Source: Candidatus Limnocylindrales bacterium
GTDB lineage: Bacteria; Chloroflexota; Limnocylindria; Limnocylindrales; CSP1-4
DNA length: 64,000 bases
NCBI GenBank assembly: GCA_038325875.1
Contig: JBBQJL010000004.1
Coordinates: 42,907-106,906 of the forward strand
Direction: 5' to 3'
The notes under the pieces were generated by a model. It was not told where the DNA came from. It ran no database searches and worked only from the letters and a program-made list of their open reading frames with translations. Positions within the stretch are counted from its first letter, which is position 1; each line of letters opens with the position of its first letter. This document shows, piece after piece, positions 54,174-62,887 of this stretch. The translations under genes were made by a program, and so were the position numbers.

Positions 54174-54686
54174 ATGCGGGCTGGGCGCTTGGTCACGCTG
54201 CTGCTCCTGCTGGAGCGGCGCGGCCGGCTCACGGCCGCGCAGCTCGCCGCCGAGCTCGAGGTCTCGGAGCGCACGGTCTTGCGGGACGTGGAGGAGCTGT
54301 CCGGCGCCGGCGTACCTGTCTTCGCGGTCCGCGGACCTGGCGGCGGCTACGAGCTCCTCGAGGGAACGGGTACCGCGCTCGCGCACCCGGGGACCTGGCA
54401 GCCGATGGACCGACGCGCCGGCAGGTTCCGCCGCGCCGCCGTCCGCGTGACGCCCGACGGCCGACGCCTCGCCGCGGTGCTCGGTCGACTCCAGCCGATG
54501 CGCGTGCGCCGTTCAGCCGAGCCCGACGCTGAGGGACGCCTCGAGGCGACGTTCCGCATCAGGACCTTCGAGGGCGCCGTGCTCGACATCTGCTCGCTGG
54601 GGCCGGACATCGAAGTGCTGGAGCCTGAGGACCTGCGCATCGCCGTCGCCGCGCGCCTCCGCGAAGCGGCATCGCGGTACGGGTGA
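54174..54686 (+). CDS. YafY-like HTH regulator that appears to lack the central WYL domain (170 aa)
   Basis: MRAGRLVTLLLLLERRGRLTAAQLAAELEVSERTVLRDVEELSGAGVPVFAVRGPGGGYELLE (HTH_11) joins directly to a WCX-like C-terminus ..LEATFRIRTFEGAVLDICSLGPDIEVLEPEDLR.. Confidence 0.65.
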   Translation: MRAGRLVTLLLLLERRGRLTAAQLAAELEVSERTVLRDVEELSGAGVPVFAVRGPGGGYELLEGTGTALAHPGTWQPMDRRAGRFRRAAVRVTPDGRRLAAVLGRLQPMRVRRSAEPDAEGRLEATFRIRTFEGAVLDICSLGPDIEVLEPEDLRIAVAARLREAASRYG

Positions 54687-54746
54687 AGCCGAGCTGGTCG
54701 AGCTTGTCCAAGGCGCTCGACGTGGCGTGGCGAAGCGGGCCCATGC

Positions 54747-55165
54747 CTATCCGGTTCTCACAAACACGGGATTCGTGAGCGCGAGAAGGTCCCCCGTCGC
54801 GGCCGGCCCCTTGCGCAACTCGAGGCGCCACCACATCCTCGCGACCAACCGCTCGTGGACCTGACGCGTGTCCGCCGGTCCGCATTCCCCGAGGGCGACC
54901 ATCGAACCCGACGTGACGTACCAGAGGGTCGCGGATGCATCTAGGTGCTCGACGTCCGCGGTGAGGTGGAACGTCCCGTCCGCAGGGAGGTGTTCACCCG
55001 GCAGGTCGATGACCACGCCGTCGGACCCGCGGGCCTGAAAAGACAGGATCGGCCCGGACGACAGGAACACCCGCCCGCGGCGGATGCCATCCAGGATGGA
55101 TCCCTCATCACGGTCGACGCCAACGGGCCGTAGCCGCTGATCGTCGATCCTTCCAAATGAACCCT
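54747..55165 (-). pseudogene. Possible C-terminal remnant of a PHP-domain (CehA/McbA-like) metallohydrolase
   Basis: The minus frame is open beyond the listed GTG (55070). It reads ..SFGRIDDQRLRPVGVDRDEGSILDGIRRGRVFLSSGPILSF..DLLALTNPVFVRTG*, resembling the ..ILEAIRAGR.F.SNGP.. block and ..TNP.. end of that family. No catalytic PHP His motifs lie upstream. Confidence 0.35.
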
Positions 55166-55502
55166 TGAGGCCGACGATCGAGGGCCACCGCGAGCAGACG
55201 ACGCTCGCGGCGCGCCCTCGTCGGCACGTTTCGCGTCGGGCGAGGCGACCTCGCCGGACTTCTCGTCCCGCTCGCCTCTGCGAAGCGGCACGGCAACCAT
55301 CCCCGTCGCAGCCGGTCTGGTCGTCACCTCGTAGCCGACCAGCGGAGCGGAGGCTGGGTCGGACAGACCGTCCCCGACGATGCGTCGCACTGGCTCGCCG
55401 ATCCGCCTCGGCTCCGGCGGCGCCGATGTCATGAGCCCGTCCAGGTTGCCCGCCGCCTGACAGCGTTTGCCTTCGCGACCGCCGGCCGCCAGAAGCCCAT
55501 CG

Positions 55503-56117
55503 TCAGTCTGGTCCGGTACTGACGAGCCTCGTCATGATCTGGCTCGCCTCGGCGCTGGACAGGCCACGGCCGGTCAGCGATCGCCAGGTCTCGTAGGCCA
55601 TCGCGTGGCCGATCGTCGCCATCCGGAGCGGCTGCGTTGCCGGCTCGTCCGGCCACCCATCGGCGAGGGCGTAGAACAGCTCGGTCATATGCTCGACGAA
55701 TGCTTCCGCGCCACCGATGTGCGACATCAGCGGCATATCCCGGATCACGTTGCCGAGCATCTGGGCGTTGGCTCCGTAGTACGCATACAACTCGCCAAGC
55801 GCGTAGCGGAGGCGGCTCGTCGGGTCCTCGATGGCGCGCCACGGCGACGCCTCCGGGATCCCGGTGGTGCGCATGCCGTGCGCGGTGCAGGCGCGGATCA
55901 GCGAGGTCATGTCGGGGAAGTGGTGGTAGACGGTGTGCCGCTGGACACCGGCCCGCTCCGCGACCGCACTGATCGACGTCTGCGCCGGGCCCACCGTGGC
56001 GTGCAGCTCGAACGCCGCTTCGGTGATGCGTTGCCGCGTCGCCTCGAGCTGCTCGTTTCGCCGCCCCATCTGGTACCGGCGCGGACCTGTTGATTTCTTC
56101 TGCCCAGCCATGTGCAC
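55503..56117 (-). CDS. TetR/AcrR-family transcriptional regulator
   Basis: ..RQRITEAAFELHATVGPAQTSISAVAERAGVQRHTVYHHF.. Divergent from a cupin gene. Confidence 0.9.
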   Translation of the reverse strand: MHMAGQKKSTGPRRYQMGRRNEQLEATRQRITEAAFELHATVGPAQTSISAVAERAGVQRHTVYHHFPDMTSLIRACTAHGMRTTGIPEASPWRAIEDPTSRLRYALGELYAYYGANAQMLGNVIRDMPLMSHIGGAEAFVEHMTELFYALADGWPDEPATQPLRMATIGHAMAYETWRSLTGRGLSSAEASQIMTRLVSTGPD

Positions 56118-56199
56118 CGAAAGTATTGACGAACCCGCCGCCGGTGGCTACTCTCCGATAATACTGCACAGCAGTGTGCAGACAATATAGAGGTGTGGC

Positions 56200-56709
56200 A
56201 TGACGTCCAAAGTCAGCGCGGAGCAGCGGTTTCTCGTCGAGCCTGCGGGTGGCGCGGTCGTCATGCAGGGACCGCTGGGAGTGATCACCAAGATCCGCGG
56301 CACGGCGACCAACGGGGTGATTTCCATCGTGGAACACCCGGTCGCCGCGCGACTCCTGGTCCCGCCGCACGTCCACCAGGACCACGACGAGTGGTCGTAC
56401 ATCCTCGAAGGTCGGATCGGCGCGCGCGTGGGCGACGAGGAGTTCATCGCCGAGACCGGTTCCTACATCCTCAAGCCACGCCAGATCCCTCATGTCTTCT
56501 GGAACCCGGATGATCGGCCGGCGAGGATCCTCGAGATCATCACGCCGTCGGGACTCGAGGAGATGTTCGCGCGGTTCGGCGCGCTGGGTGCACGCAGCGA
56601 GCTCACCCCCGAGACGATGAGCGCGACCGCGGCCGAGTACGGCTCGACGATGTTCATGGACTGGGTGCCGGAGCTGACCGCGCGCTACGGACTGACGCTG
56701 ATGGGCTGA
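56200..56709 (+). CDS. Cupin-domain protein
   Basis: ..ISIVEHPVAARLLVPPHVHQDHDEWSYILEGRIGARVGDEEF..GSYILKPRQIPH.. Confidence 0.8.
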   Translation: MTSKVSAEQRFLVEPAGGAVVMQGPLGVITKIRGTATNGVISIVEHPVAARLLVPPHVHQDHDEWSYILEGRIGARVGDEEFIAETGSYILKPRQIPHVFWNPDDRPARILEIITPSGLEEMFARFGALGARSELTPETMSATAAEYGSTMFMDWVPELTARYGLTLMG

Positions 56710-56727
56710 TCCGCGATTGATTCGACC

Positions 56728-56931
56728 GTGGCGCTTGATGAGACCGCAGCGGTCCTGGTCGCCGGGTCCGAGAAGGTCGCCGCCCATCGCCTCGGCTTGT
56801 CGCACTCGACGGTCAAGCACCACCTGGCCAACGCGAGTCCAAGGTGGGCGCTGTTTTCGACGGCGCAGCTCGTATGGATCCTCGCCCTGCCGCTGCCTGG
56901 GCCCGAGGGCATCGCCCCAGAGGACGCTTAG
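56728..56931 (+). pseudogene. Isolated LuxR-type HTH fragment with an internal out-and-back frame disturbance
   Basis: ..AAHRLGLSHSTVKHHLANA then 8 aberrant residues (SPRWALFS) then TAQLVWIL. The neighbouring frame reads SKVGAV, the expected recognition-helix continuation. Confidence 0.4.
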
Positions 56932-57030
56932 CGGTCTGCTCGAACGGTCAGGCCTGGGTGGTCGCTGGCTGGGACCACGACGAGTTGGCTCGGCGCTCAC
57001 TCAGTCGACAGCGGCCGTAGTCTTCACGAG

Positions 57031-57882
57031 GTGAAGGCGGATGAGACGCACGGACTCGGCTACGAGCGCGTCGATGACGATCCGAACGTCGAGGTGCTCC
57101 TCGCCACCATGGACGTCACTGCGGGATGGGAGGCGACGCGGCAGCTTCGCGCATGGGAGCGGCACCAGTTGCGCCTCGAACCCGGTCAACGGCTGCTCGA
57201 CGTGGGCTGTGGTCTGGGCGACGCGGCGCTCGCCCTGGCGGTCGACCTCGGAACCGACGGCGAGGTCGTCGGAGTCGACGCGTCCGCAGAGATGGTCCTT
57301 GGCGCCCGGGCGAGGGTGGGCAGCGCAGCGTGTCTGACCCGATTCACTGTGGGCGACGCCCTCAAGCTCGACGAGCCAGACGGTTCTTTCGACGTCGTGC
57401 GGTCTGAGCGAACCCTGCAGTGGTTGACAGATCCGAAGGCAGCGGTGGCCGAGATGGTCCGAGTGTTGAGAGCCGGTGGCCTCATCTCCCTCATTGACAC
57501 CGACTGGTCGACGCTCGAGATCAACATCGGCGATGACGACCTCGCCAGACGAGTCCGCGACGCGATGCGAACAGAGCGACGCCGGCCATCCAACATCGGA
57601 CGGCGGCTCGCCGACCTCGTACAGGACGTGGGCTTGGAGCTGGTCGTGGAAACGTCGGCGACCCAGACCTGGGATGCGTGGAATCCCGACGAGTCACCCG
57701 CTCCCGGCGGGTGCTTCTCGATGTCGAGCCTTGCTGATGACCTCGTCGACGCCGGCCAGCTCGAGGTCGTTGACCGGGAATGGTTCGTGTCGATGATCCA
57801 CGCAGCCGCACATGACGGCCGCTTCTCCATGGTCCTCACGATGTATGCGGTGGTTGCGGCAGCGCCACGCACGGGCCTCTGA
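57031..57882 (+). CDS. Class I SAM-dependent methyltransferase (UbiE/COQ5-like)
   Basis: GTG start. ..RLLDVGCGLGDAALALA.. (motif I) ..FDVVRSERTLQWL..VRVLRAGGLISL.. Confidence 0.85.
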   Translation: MKADETHGLGYERVDDDPNVEVLLATMDVTAGWEATRQLRAWERHQLRLEPGQRLLDVGCGLGDAALALAVDLGTDGEVVGVDASAEMVLGARARVGSAACLTRFTVGDALKLDEPDGSFDVVRSERTLQWLTDPKAAVAEMVRVLRAGGLISLIDTDWSTLEINIGDDDLARRVRDAMRTERRRPSNIGRRLADLVQDVGLELVVETSATQTWDAWNPDESPAPGGCFSMSSLADDLVDAGQLEVVDREWFVSMIHAAAHDGRFSMVLTMYAVVAAAPRTGL

Positions 57883-58121
57883 CCACTAAAGGATCCTAAC
57901 GTGCTCGACCATCGCTGCGGGAGGGCCGTCGAGTGCGTCCACCGACGCCAGGGACATGCGCCGTGGTGCTCCTGGCAGTCCCGGACGGCGCTTGACCAGA
58001 GCCCGCCCCGAGCGTCCACTCCGCCAGCCTGCCGGCCGACCGCGCGCGCCTCGTGTGCGAACGGCATCGGGACGCGTCCCTATTCCACGGGGCGGACATC
58101 ACGAACGGCGGGTCACGGGCG

Positions 58122-61100
58122 TTAAGCAGTTGCTGACCCGGCGAGCGGCACTGACTCTGGCATGAGAACTGATTTCCGCTTCGAAGCGCCTCCGGGGGCG
58201 AGCGGAGTCGGACGGGCTGGCCTGCCGCGCCCTATGGTCTCCACCCGTGCTCCCGGGGCCGGAGCCGACCCGGCCGGGGCGACCTTGACCCCCGGATCCG
58301 CGGGACCCCAGGTCTCGGCCGGTTGCGGGTATCCGAAGAGATAGCCCTGCCCGAACTCCACACCGAGCGCGGTGAGGGTACCGGCCTCCTCGGGAGTCTC
58401 GATCCCCTCGGCGATGAGGCGGCAGCCTGCCGTCCGGCTGAAATGGCGCATCCCCACCACGAGCGCCTGGCGGCCGAGGTTGGCGTTGACCCGGCGGACG
58501 AGGCTGATGTCCAGCTTCACGAAGTCCGGTCGGAGGTCGATGATGTGGCCGAAGTTGGCGACACCCGACCCGGCGTCGTCGACCGCGAGGCGGACGTCGT
58601 GGCCGAGGTTCCCGACGGCGCCACGGACCTCGTCGTAATCCTCGATCAGGTCGTGCTCCGTCACCTCGAGCACCAGCGGCCGGTCGGCAGCCCAGAGGAC
58701 CGGGCGCAGGCGATCGACATCCGCGAGCACGCGCGGCGAGACGTTGAGATCGAGCCAGGCACCCGGCGGCAGCCCTGTCGCAGCCGCGACCGCGGCCTTC
58801 AGGGTGGCGATCTCGAGCTCGGCTCCCAGGCCTACCGACCAGGAGTCAGCGAAGCAGAGGTCCGGGCGCTGGCCGGAGTCGAATCGGGTGAGCGCCTCGA
58901 AGCCCACGGATTCGCGCGACTCGAGGTCGACGATCGGCTGGAAGACAGGGTGGAAGGCTCTCGTGGCGATAACCGACGCCAGCGTGGCCCGCAACTCCGC
59001 CTGCCGCCGCCGGCCATCCAGCCGCTCTGCCAACAGCCCGCTCGAGGCGGCGCTGAATGCGACCAGGCCGGGCATGTCCTCGACCAGGATCTTCGCAAAC
59101 CCTGCGCTTTTCGTCCCGATCACGAGCATCCCGACGACCCGGTCGCTGCGGACAAGGGGACCGTAAGCCAAGGCCAGAAGCCCGGCGGCGGTGGTGGTCT
59201 CTTCCTTCGCGGAAGCCTTGACCGCCTCGCCCGAGTACTCGCTCCATGCACCGGCGAGCGCCCGTTTCTGGACGACTTCCGCCCGCCGCGGGGTCATGCG
59301 ATCGCCGACCCTGGCGGGGTACCCGGGAGGCGCGGCCAGCCCAAGGATGTCGGCCTCGGAGGGACCGCGGAATCCCACCATCGAGGCCACGTCGACATGC
59401 GGCAGGCTGACGAGCACCTCGCAGATGCGCTGGGCAACCTCCTCCAGGGTGGCATCCGGAGGGATCGAATGGAGGCCCTCGGCGAGGGCCGAGCGAATGC
59501 GGCCCTCCAGCGCCACCTCGGCCTGCACTCGGCGCAGGTCCGTCACATCGCGGCTGACGACCACGAACCCCGTCGGTGCCTCGCCGCCGTCTTGGGCGGG
59601 GGTCACGCTGACCTCGAGCCACCGCTCCGTCCCGTCCGGCAGGAGCCGCCCGACCTCTCCGAGCCATGGCTTGTTGTCTGCAAGCGCCAGCCCGATGGCC
59701 GCCAGCGCGGCGGTGCCTACCAGTTCGAGCGCGGTCGTCGCGCCTGACTGGCCCACCAGCTCTTCGAGTTTGCGCCCGAGGGCCGCACACATGGCGGGGT
59801 TGGCGTACGTCACGACACCGTGCCCGTCGGCCAGAAGGACGCCGTCGACCGCCTGGTCGATTGCCCCGGCGAGGCGCCCGCGCTCCCGGCGCGTCTTCTG
59901 GAGCTCGGTCACGTCGCGCTTGACCGCCACGTAGCTCGTGATCGTCCCGGCCGGGTCGCGGATCGGCGAGATGACCGCCTCCTCCTCGAACAACGTGCCG
60001 TCCTTGCGTCGGTTCGTCAGCTGTCCCACGAACGGCTGGCCACTCAAGAGGGCCGCCCACATCGCCGCGTAGAACGACGGTCCCTGGATCCCGCTCTTGA
60101 GGATCCGTGGGTTCTGCCCCAGCACCTCGTCGCTCGTGTACCCGCTGACGCGCTCGAAGGCCGGGTTGACGTACTCGACCCGGCCGTCGACGTCGGTGAT
60201 GACGATCGCGTCGGCAGACTGGTCGACCGCCGTTGCCAGCCGGCGCAATTCGAGCTCGGCACGATTGCGCACGGTGATGTCACGGATGGTGCGCTGCAGT
60301 CGGCCGTCTGGCAGTTGAGTGAAGCTGACCTCCGCAGGCAGGCTGGTGCCGTCCTTGCGCCGGTACCGCCGCTCAACCACGAGCCCGTTCCCGGCCCCGG
60401 CCTCGGCCAGCCGCATGTCCATTTCCTCGGGAGTCAGGGGATCGTCGGCTGCCCGCAGGCCCGGGGAGTACATCCCGAGGAGCTCATCCCGCGAGTAGCC
60501 GAGCATCCGGCAGATGGCCGGGTTCGCCTCGACATATCGGGCCGCCCGGTCCGAGACGAGGATCCCATCCACGGACTGCTCGACCAGGGACCGGTAGGAC
60601 GCCTCGCTATCGCGCAGAGCCCGCTCGGACGCGATCCGCTCGGTGGCGTCCGAGTAGTACCCTACAATGCACGCCACGCCGTCGATCTCGGCGCTCGCGG
60701 CACTGATGTCAGCCAGGACCACGCCGCCGTCCTTGCGGAGACACGGGATCGACCGGGCCACGCCTCCGCGGGTGGTCAATGCGGCGATGTGTCCGAGTAC
60801 CGCGGCTTTCTCGTCCTTCGGGTGGATGTCGAGCACCGGCAGGTTGAGGAGCTCATCCCGTGTGTAGCCGAGAAGCGTGGTCGCGGCCACATTCACCCAC
60901 GAGAAGCGCAGCGTCGCCCGGTCGGCGACGAAGATCGCCTCGGCTGCCCCATCGAAGATCGTCGCGTAGCGGCGCTCGGACCGAGCCAACCGCTCGTACA
61001 CTTGTCGCTGTTCGGTGATGTCGGCGACCGTCCCTGCCATCCGGATCGGTCGCCCGGATCCGTCGAACTCGATCCGTCCGCGCCCGTGCACCCAGCGCTC

Positions 61101-61664
61101 CTCGCTGGTGTCTGCTCGGACAATCCGGTATTCGCGATCGAACGCCTGGCCGTGAGCAAGGACCTCCGTGTCCAAGTAGGCGAGCATCTCCTGCTGCTGC
61201 TCGGGGTGAACGAGCGAAACCCAGCCGTCCACGGAGTGGTCGTAGGCGGCGTCGATCCCGAAGATCGTGTCGAGCCCCGGTGAGCTCAGCCAACGTCTCC
61301 CCGGAATGTCGAGCGAGTAGGAGCCGATCCGCGCGACCGACTCCACCTCGTCGAGGCGATCGTCAGCGCGCGGAGCTCTGCCGCGCGACGCCTTTGCCAC
61401 GGCCGATCTCGCACGGTCGGTCCCCGAGGTCGTTGGCTTGCTGCGCGCCGATGGGATTGCGGCGGGCGTGTCCGCCGACGTAGGCGATGGGTTTCGGCGC
61501 GGAGCAGGCGTGGCGACCGATGGGGGCATCGGAACGAGGCTCGATCTCGCTGACGCTGCGGGCGCAGCGGTTCGTGCCGCCGCGAGCAGCGGCGTCCCGC
61601 CGGGCGCTCCGGGGACGGCTGCCCGGCTCAACCCCTTGCTGGCTGAGACGGATCGAGATGTCAT
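58122..61664 (-). CDS. Multi-PAS (about 5) - GAF-like - EAL c-di-GMP phosphodiesterase-type signalling protein; no GGDEF domain; start uncertain
   Basis: Repeated PAS blocks (..ERWVHGRGRIEFDGSGRPIRMAGTVADITE.., ..CLRKDGGVVLADISA.., ..YRRKDGTSLPAEVSF.., ..NRRKDGTLFEEEAVISPI..). EAL motifs FEALTRF, LNVSP, EVTEH, DDAGSG, KLD, EGIET, QGY. The first roughly 90 codons are Ala/Pro/Ser/Arg-rich with lower GC3. Alternative starts are ATG 61529 or GTG 61400. Confidence 0.85.
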   Translation of the reverse strand: MTSRSVSASKGLSRAAVPGAPGGTPLLAAARTAAPAASARSSLVPMPPSVATPAPRRNPSPTSADTPAAIPSARSKPTTSGTDRARSAVAKASRGRAPRADDRLDEVESVARIGSYSLDIPGRRWLSSPGLDTIFGIDAAYDHSVDGWVSLVHPEQQQEMLAYLDTEVLAHGQAFDREYRIVRADTSEERWVHGRGRIEFDGSGRPIRMAGTVADITEQRQVYERLARSERRYATIFDGAAEAIFVADRATLRFSWVNVAATTLLGYTRDELLNLPVLDIHPKDEKAAVLGHIAALTTRGGVARSIPCLRKDGGVVLADISAASAEIDGVACIVGYYSDATERIASERALRDSEASYRSLVEQSVDGILVSDRAARYVEANPAICRMLGYSRDELLGMYSPGLRAADDPLTPEEMDMRLAEAGAGNGLVVERRYRRKDGTSLPAEVSFTQLPDGRLQRTIRDITVRNRAELELRRLATAVDQSADAIVITDVDGRVEYVNPAFERVSGYTSDEVLGQNPRILKSGIQGPSFYAAMWAALLSGQPFVGQLTNRRKDGTLFEEEAVISPIRDPAGTITSYVAVKRDVTELQKTRRERGRLAGAIDQAVDGVLLADGHGVVTYANPAMCAALGRKLEELVGQSGATTALELVGTAALAAIGLALADNKPWLGEVGRLLPDGTERWLEVSVTPAQDGGEAPTGFVVVSRDVTDLRRVQAEVALEGRIRSALAEGLHSIPPDATLEEVAQRICEVLVSLPHVDVASMVGFRGPSEADILGLAAPPGYPARVGDRMTPRRAEVVQKRALAGAWSEYSGEAVKASAKEETTTAAGLLALAYGPLVRSDRVVGMLVIGTKSAGFAKILVEDMPGLVAFSAASSGLLAERLDGRRRQAELRATLASVIATRAFHPVFQPIVDLESRESVGFEALTRFDSGQRPDLCFADSWSVGLGAELEIATLKAAVAAATGLPPGAWLDLNVSPRVLADVDRLRPVLWAADRPLVLEVTEHDLIEDYDEVRGAVGNLGHDVRLAVDDAGSGVANFGHIIDLRPDFVKLDISLVRRVNANLGRQALVVGMRHFSRTAGCRLIAEGIETPEEAGTLTALGVEFGQGYLFGYPQPAETWGPADPGVKVAPAGSAPAPGARVETIGRGRPARPTPLAPGGASKRKSVLMPESVPLAGSATA

Positions 61665-62037
61665 CAGGACGCGGGACCCCGAGCGTGCAATCGGGTGCCG
61701 CGGGCTATCACTCCGTCGCGAGCCGCCTCCCGGTGCCGTGCCTCACCAGTAGGCGTGCATCGCCGCTCCTTGACAATCGCCCGTTCGTCCTGTCCCTCGC
61801 GGCGGAGGTCCGCGTCGTGCCTGCCCGCACCGATGACGTCCCCAGCATGGGCGAGTGTTGTGCTCGACGAGAGATCCAAGCCCGTCTGATGCACGACCTG
61901 CATCACGCAGCGATCCTGGCGGAACCCTCGCGACAGGCCGAATGGCTGGAAGGTGTGCCAGGCAATCGTTCAGCGCGTGGCCGGCTGTCTCCGCCGGGCC
62001 TGGGTCAGCGCGGGGCCGCGGTGAGTCCTATTTGTTC

Positions 62038-62113
62038 TGGCGCGCCCGGAGGGATTCGAACCCCCGACCTACTGATCCGAAGTCAGTCGCTCTATCCACT
62101 GAGCTACGGGCGC
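62038..62113 (-). tRNA. tRNA-Arg (anticodon UCG), CCA encoded
   Basis: The reverse complement folds as GCGCCCG-TA-GCTC-AGTGGATA-GAGC-G-ACTGA-CTTCGGA-TCAGT-AGGTC-GGGGG-TTCGAAT-CCCTC-CGGGCGC-G-CCA (76 nt). Confidence 0.95.
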
Positions 62114-62205
62114 AAGGCGACGAGTCTACCCGAGGACGATCCGCAGCTCAGGGGAGTGCCCCGCGCGGGTGGCCCCCAAGAGCCGACCCGCGAGGACCCC
62201 TTCGG

Positions 62206-62682
62206 TCAGGGAGTGGTCTTCGCGGCCCGTGCCGGTCGGACGCGGACGAGGAGTGCGTCGTAGTTCGCGCCGGACTTCGTCCCCACCGCCATGACCCGGT
62301 CGCCGACCTTCAGGTCGTCGACGGTCGCGGCCTTGCGATCGACCCGGATGCGGGTGCCGGTCCCGACGTTGAACGTCGTGGAAACGTTGTCCGGACCCTT
62401 GACGGTGAGCGAGTCGGCAGTCTTCGCGGTGATCTCGCCGCGCTCGAAGTGAGCATCGAGCGTCGTCCCATCGCGCTTGAGGATGGTGACGTCGCCGCGG
62501 ACGATGCGACCCAGCCTTGCTGGCCGATCGACTTGGCCGACGTCGACCGAGGGTGTCTGACGCGAGGCCGTCGGCGCTGATGCGGCCAGCATGGTCGGGA
62601 CGGCGACGACCCCGACGAGGCCGGCAGCGAGAACCACGACGGCGATGCGTCGAGCCCCGAAGGAACGGATCCGATCGAACAT
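62206..62682 (-). CDS. Secreted/anchored protein of unknown function (DUF5666-like beta-rich domain)
   Basis: Start at MFDRIRSFGARRIAVVVLAAGLVGVVAV.. (ATG 62682). ..DSLTVKGPDNVSTTFNVGTGTRIRVDRKAATVDDLKVGDRVMAVG.. The upstream part of the listed 316-aa ORF is off-frame. Confidence 0.7.
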   Translation of the reverse strand: MFDRIRSFGARRIAVVVLAAGLVGVVAVPTMLAASAPTASRQTPSVDVGQVDRPARLGRIVRGDVTILKRDGTTLDAHFERGEITAKTADSLTVKGPDNVSTTFNVGTGTRIRVDRKAATVDDLKVGDRVMAVGTKSGANYDALLVRVRPARAAKTTP

Positions 62683-62887
62683 GAGGATGACTCCCAGGGG
62701 CGGTGCGCGGACCGGAGAAGGGCCGCATCGACCGCCGACTACCAGACAGCATCGGCCGGCGATCGGTAGTCGGGCCACCGTCTCCGTGCATTCGACCGTA
62801 AGCCGCGTGTAAGCCGCTCCGGACCCTCGACGCTCGTCCCGCACCGCTCGACTTGCGGTCGGGCTCGCGATGGGGTAAGAACCGGCA

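Noticed and set aside
55429-57000. 523-aa minus-strand ORF
   Set aside because: It crosses the TetR gene in a different frame and the cupin gene in antisense, and its composition is junk-like.
58323-61283. Plus-strand ORFs of 474 aa and 487 aa opposite the PAS-EAL gene
   Set aside because: They are antisense artefacts. The minus strand carries repeated PAS and EAL signatures.
52000-62113. Genomic island integrated at tRNA-Arg
   Set aside because: I found no integrase, recombinase or transposase, and I noticed no direct repeat of the tRNA 3' end by eye. The gene debris at 52-57 kb is suggestive but insufficient.
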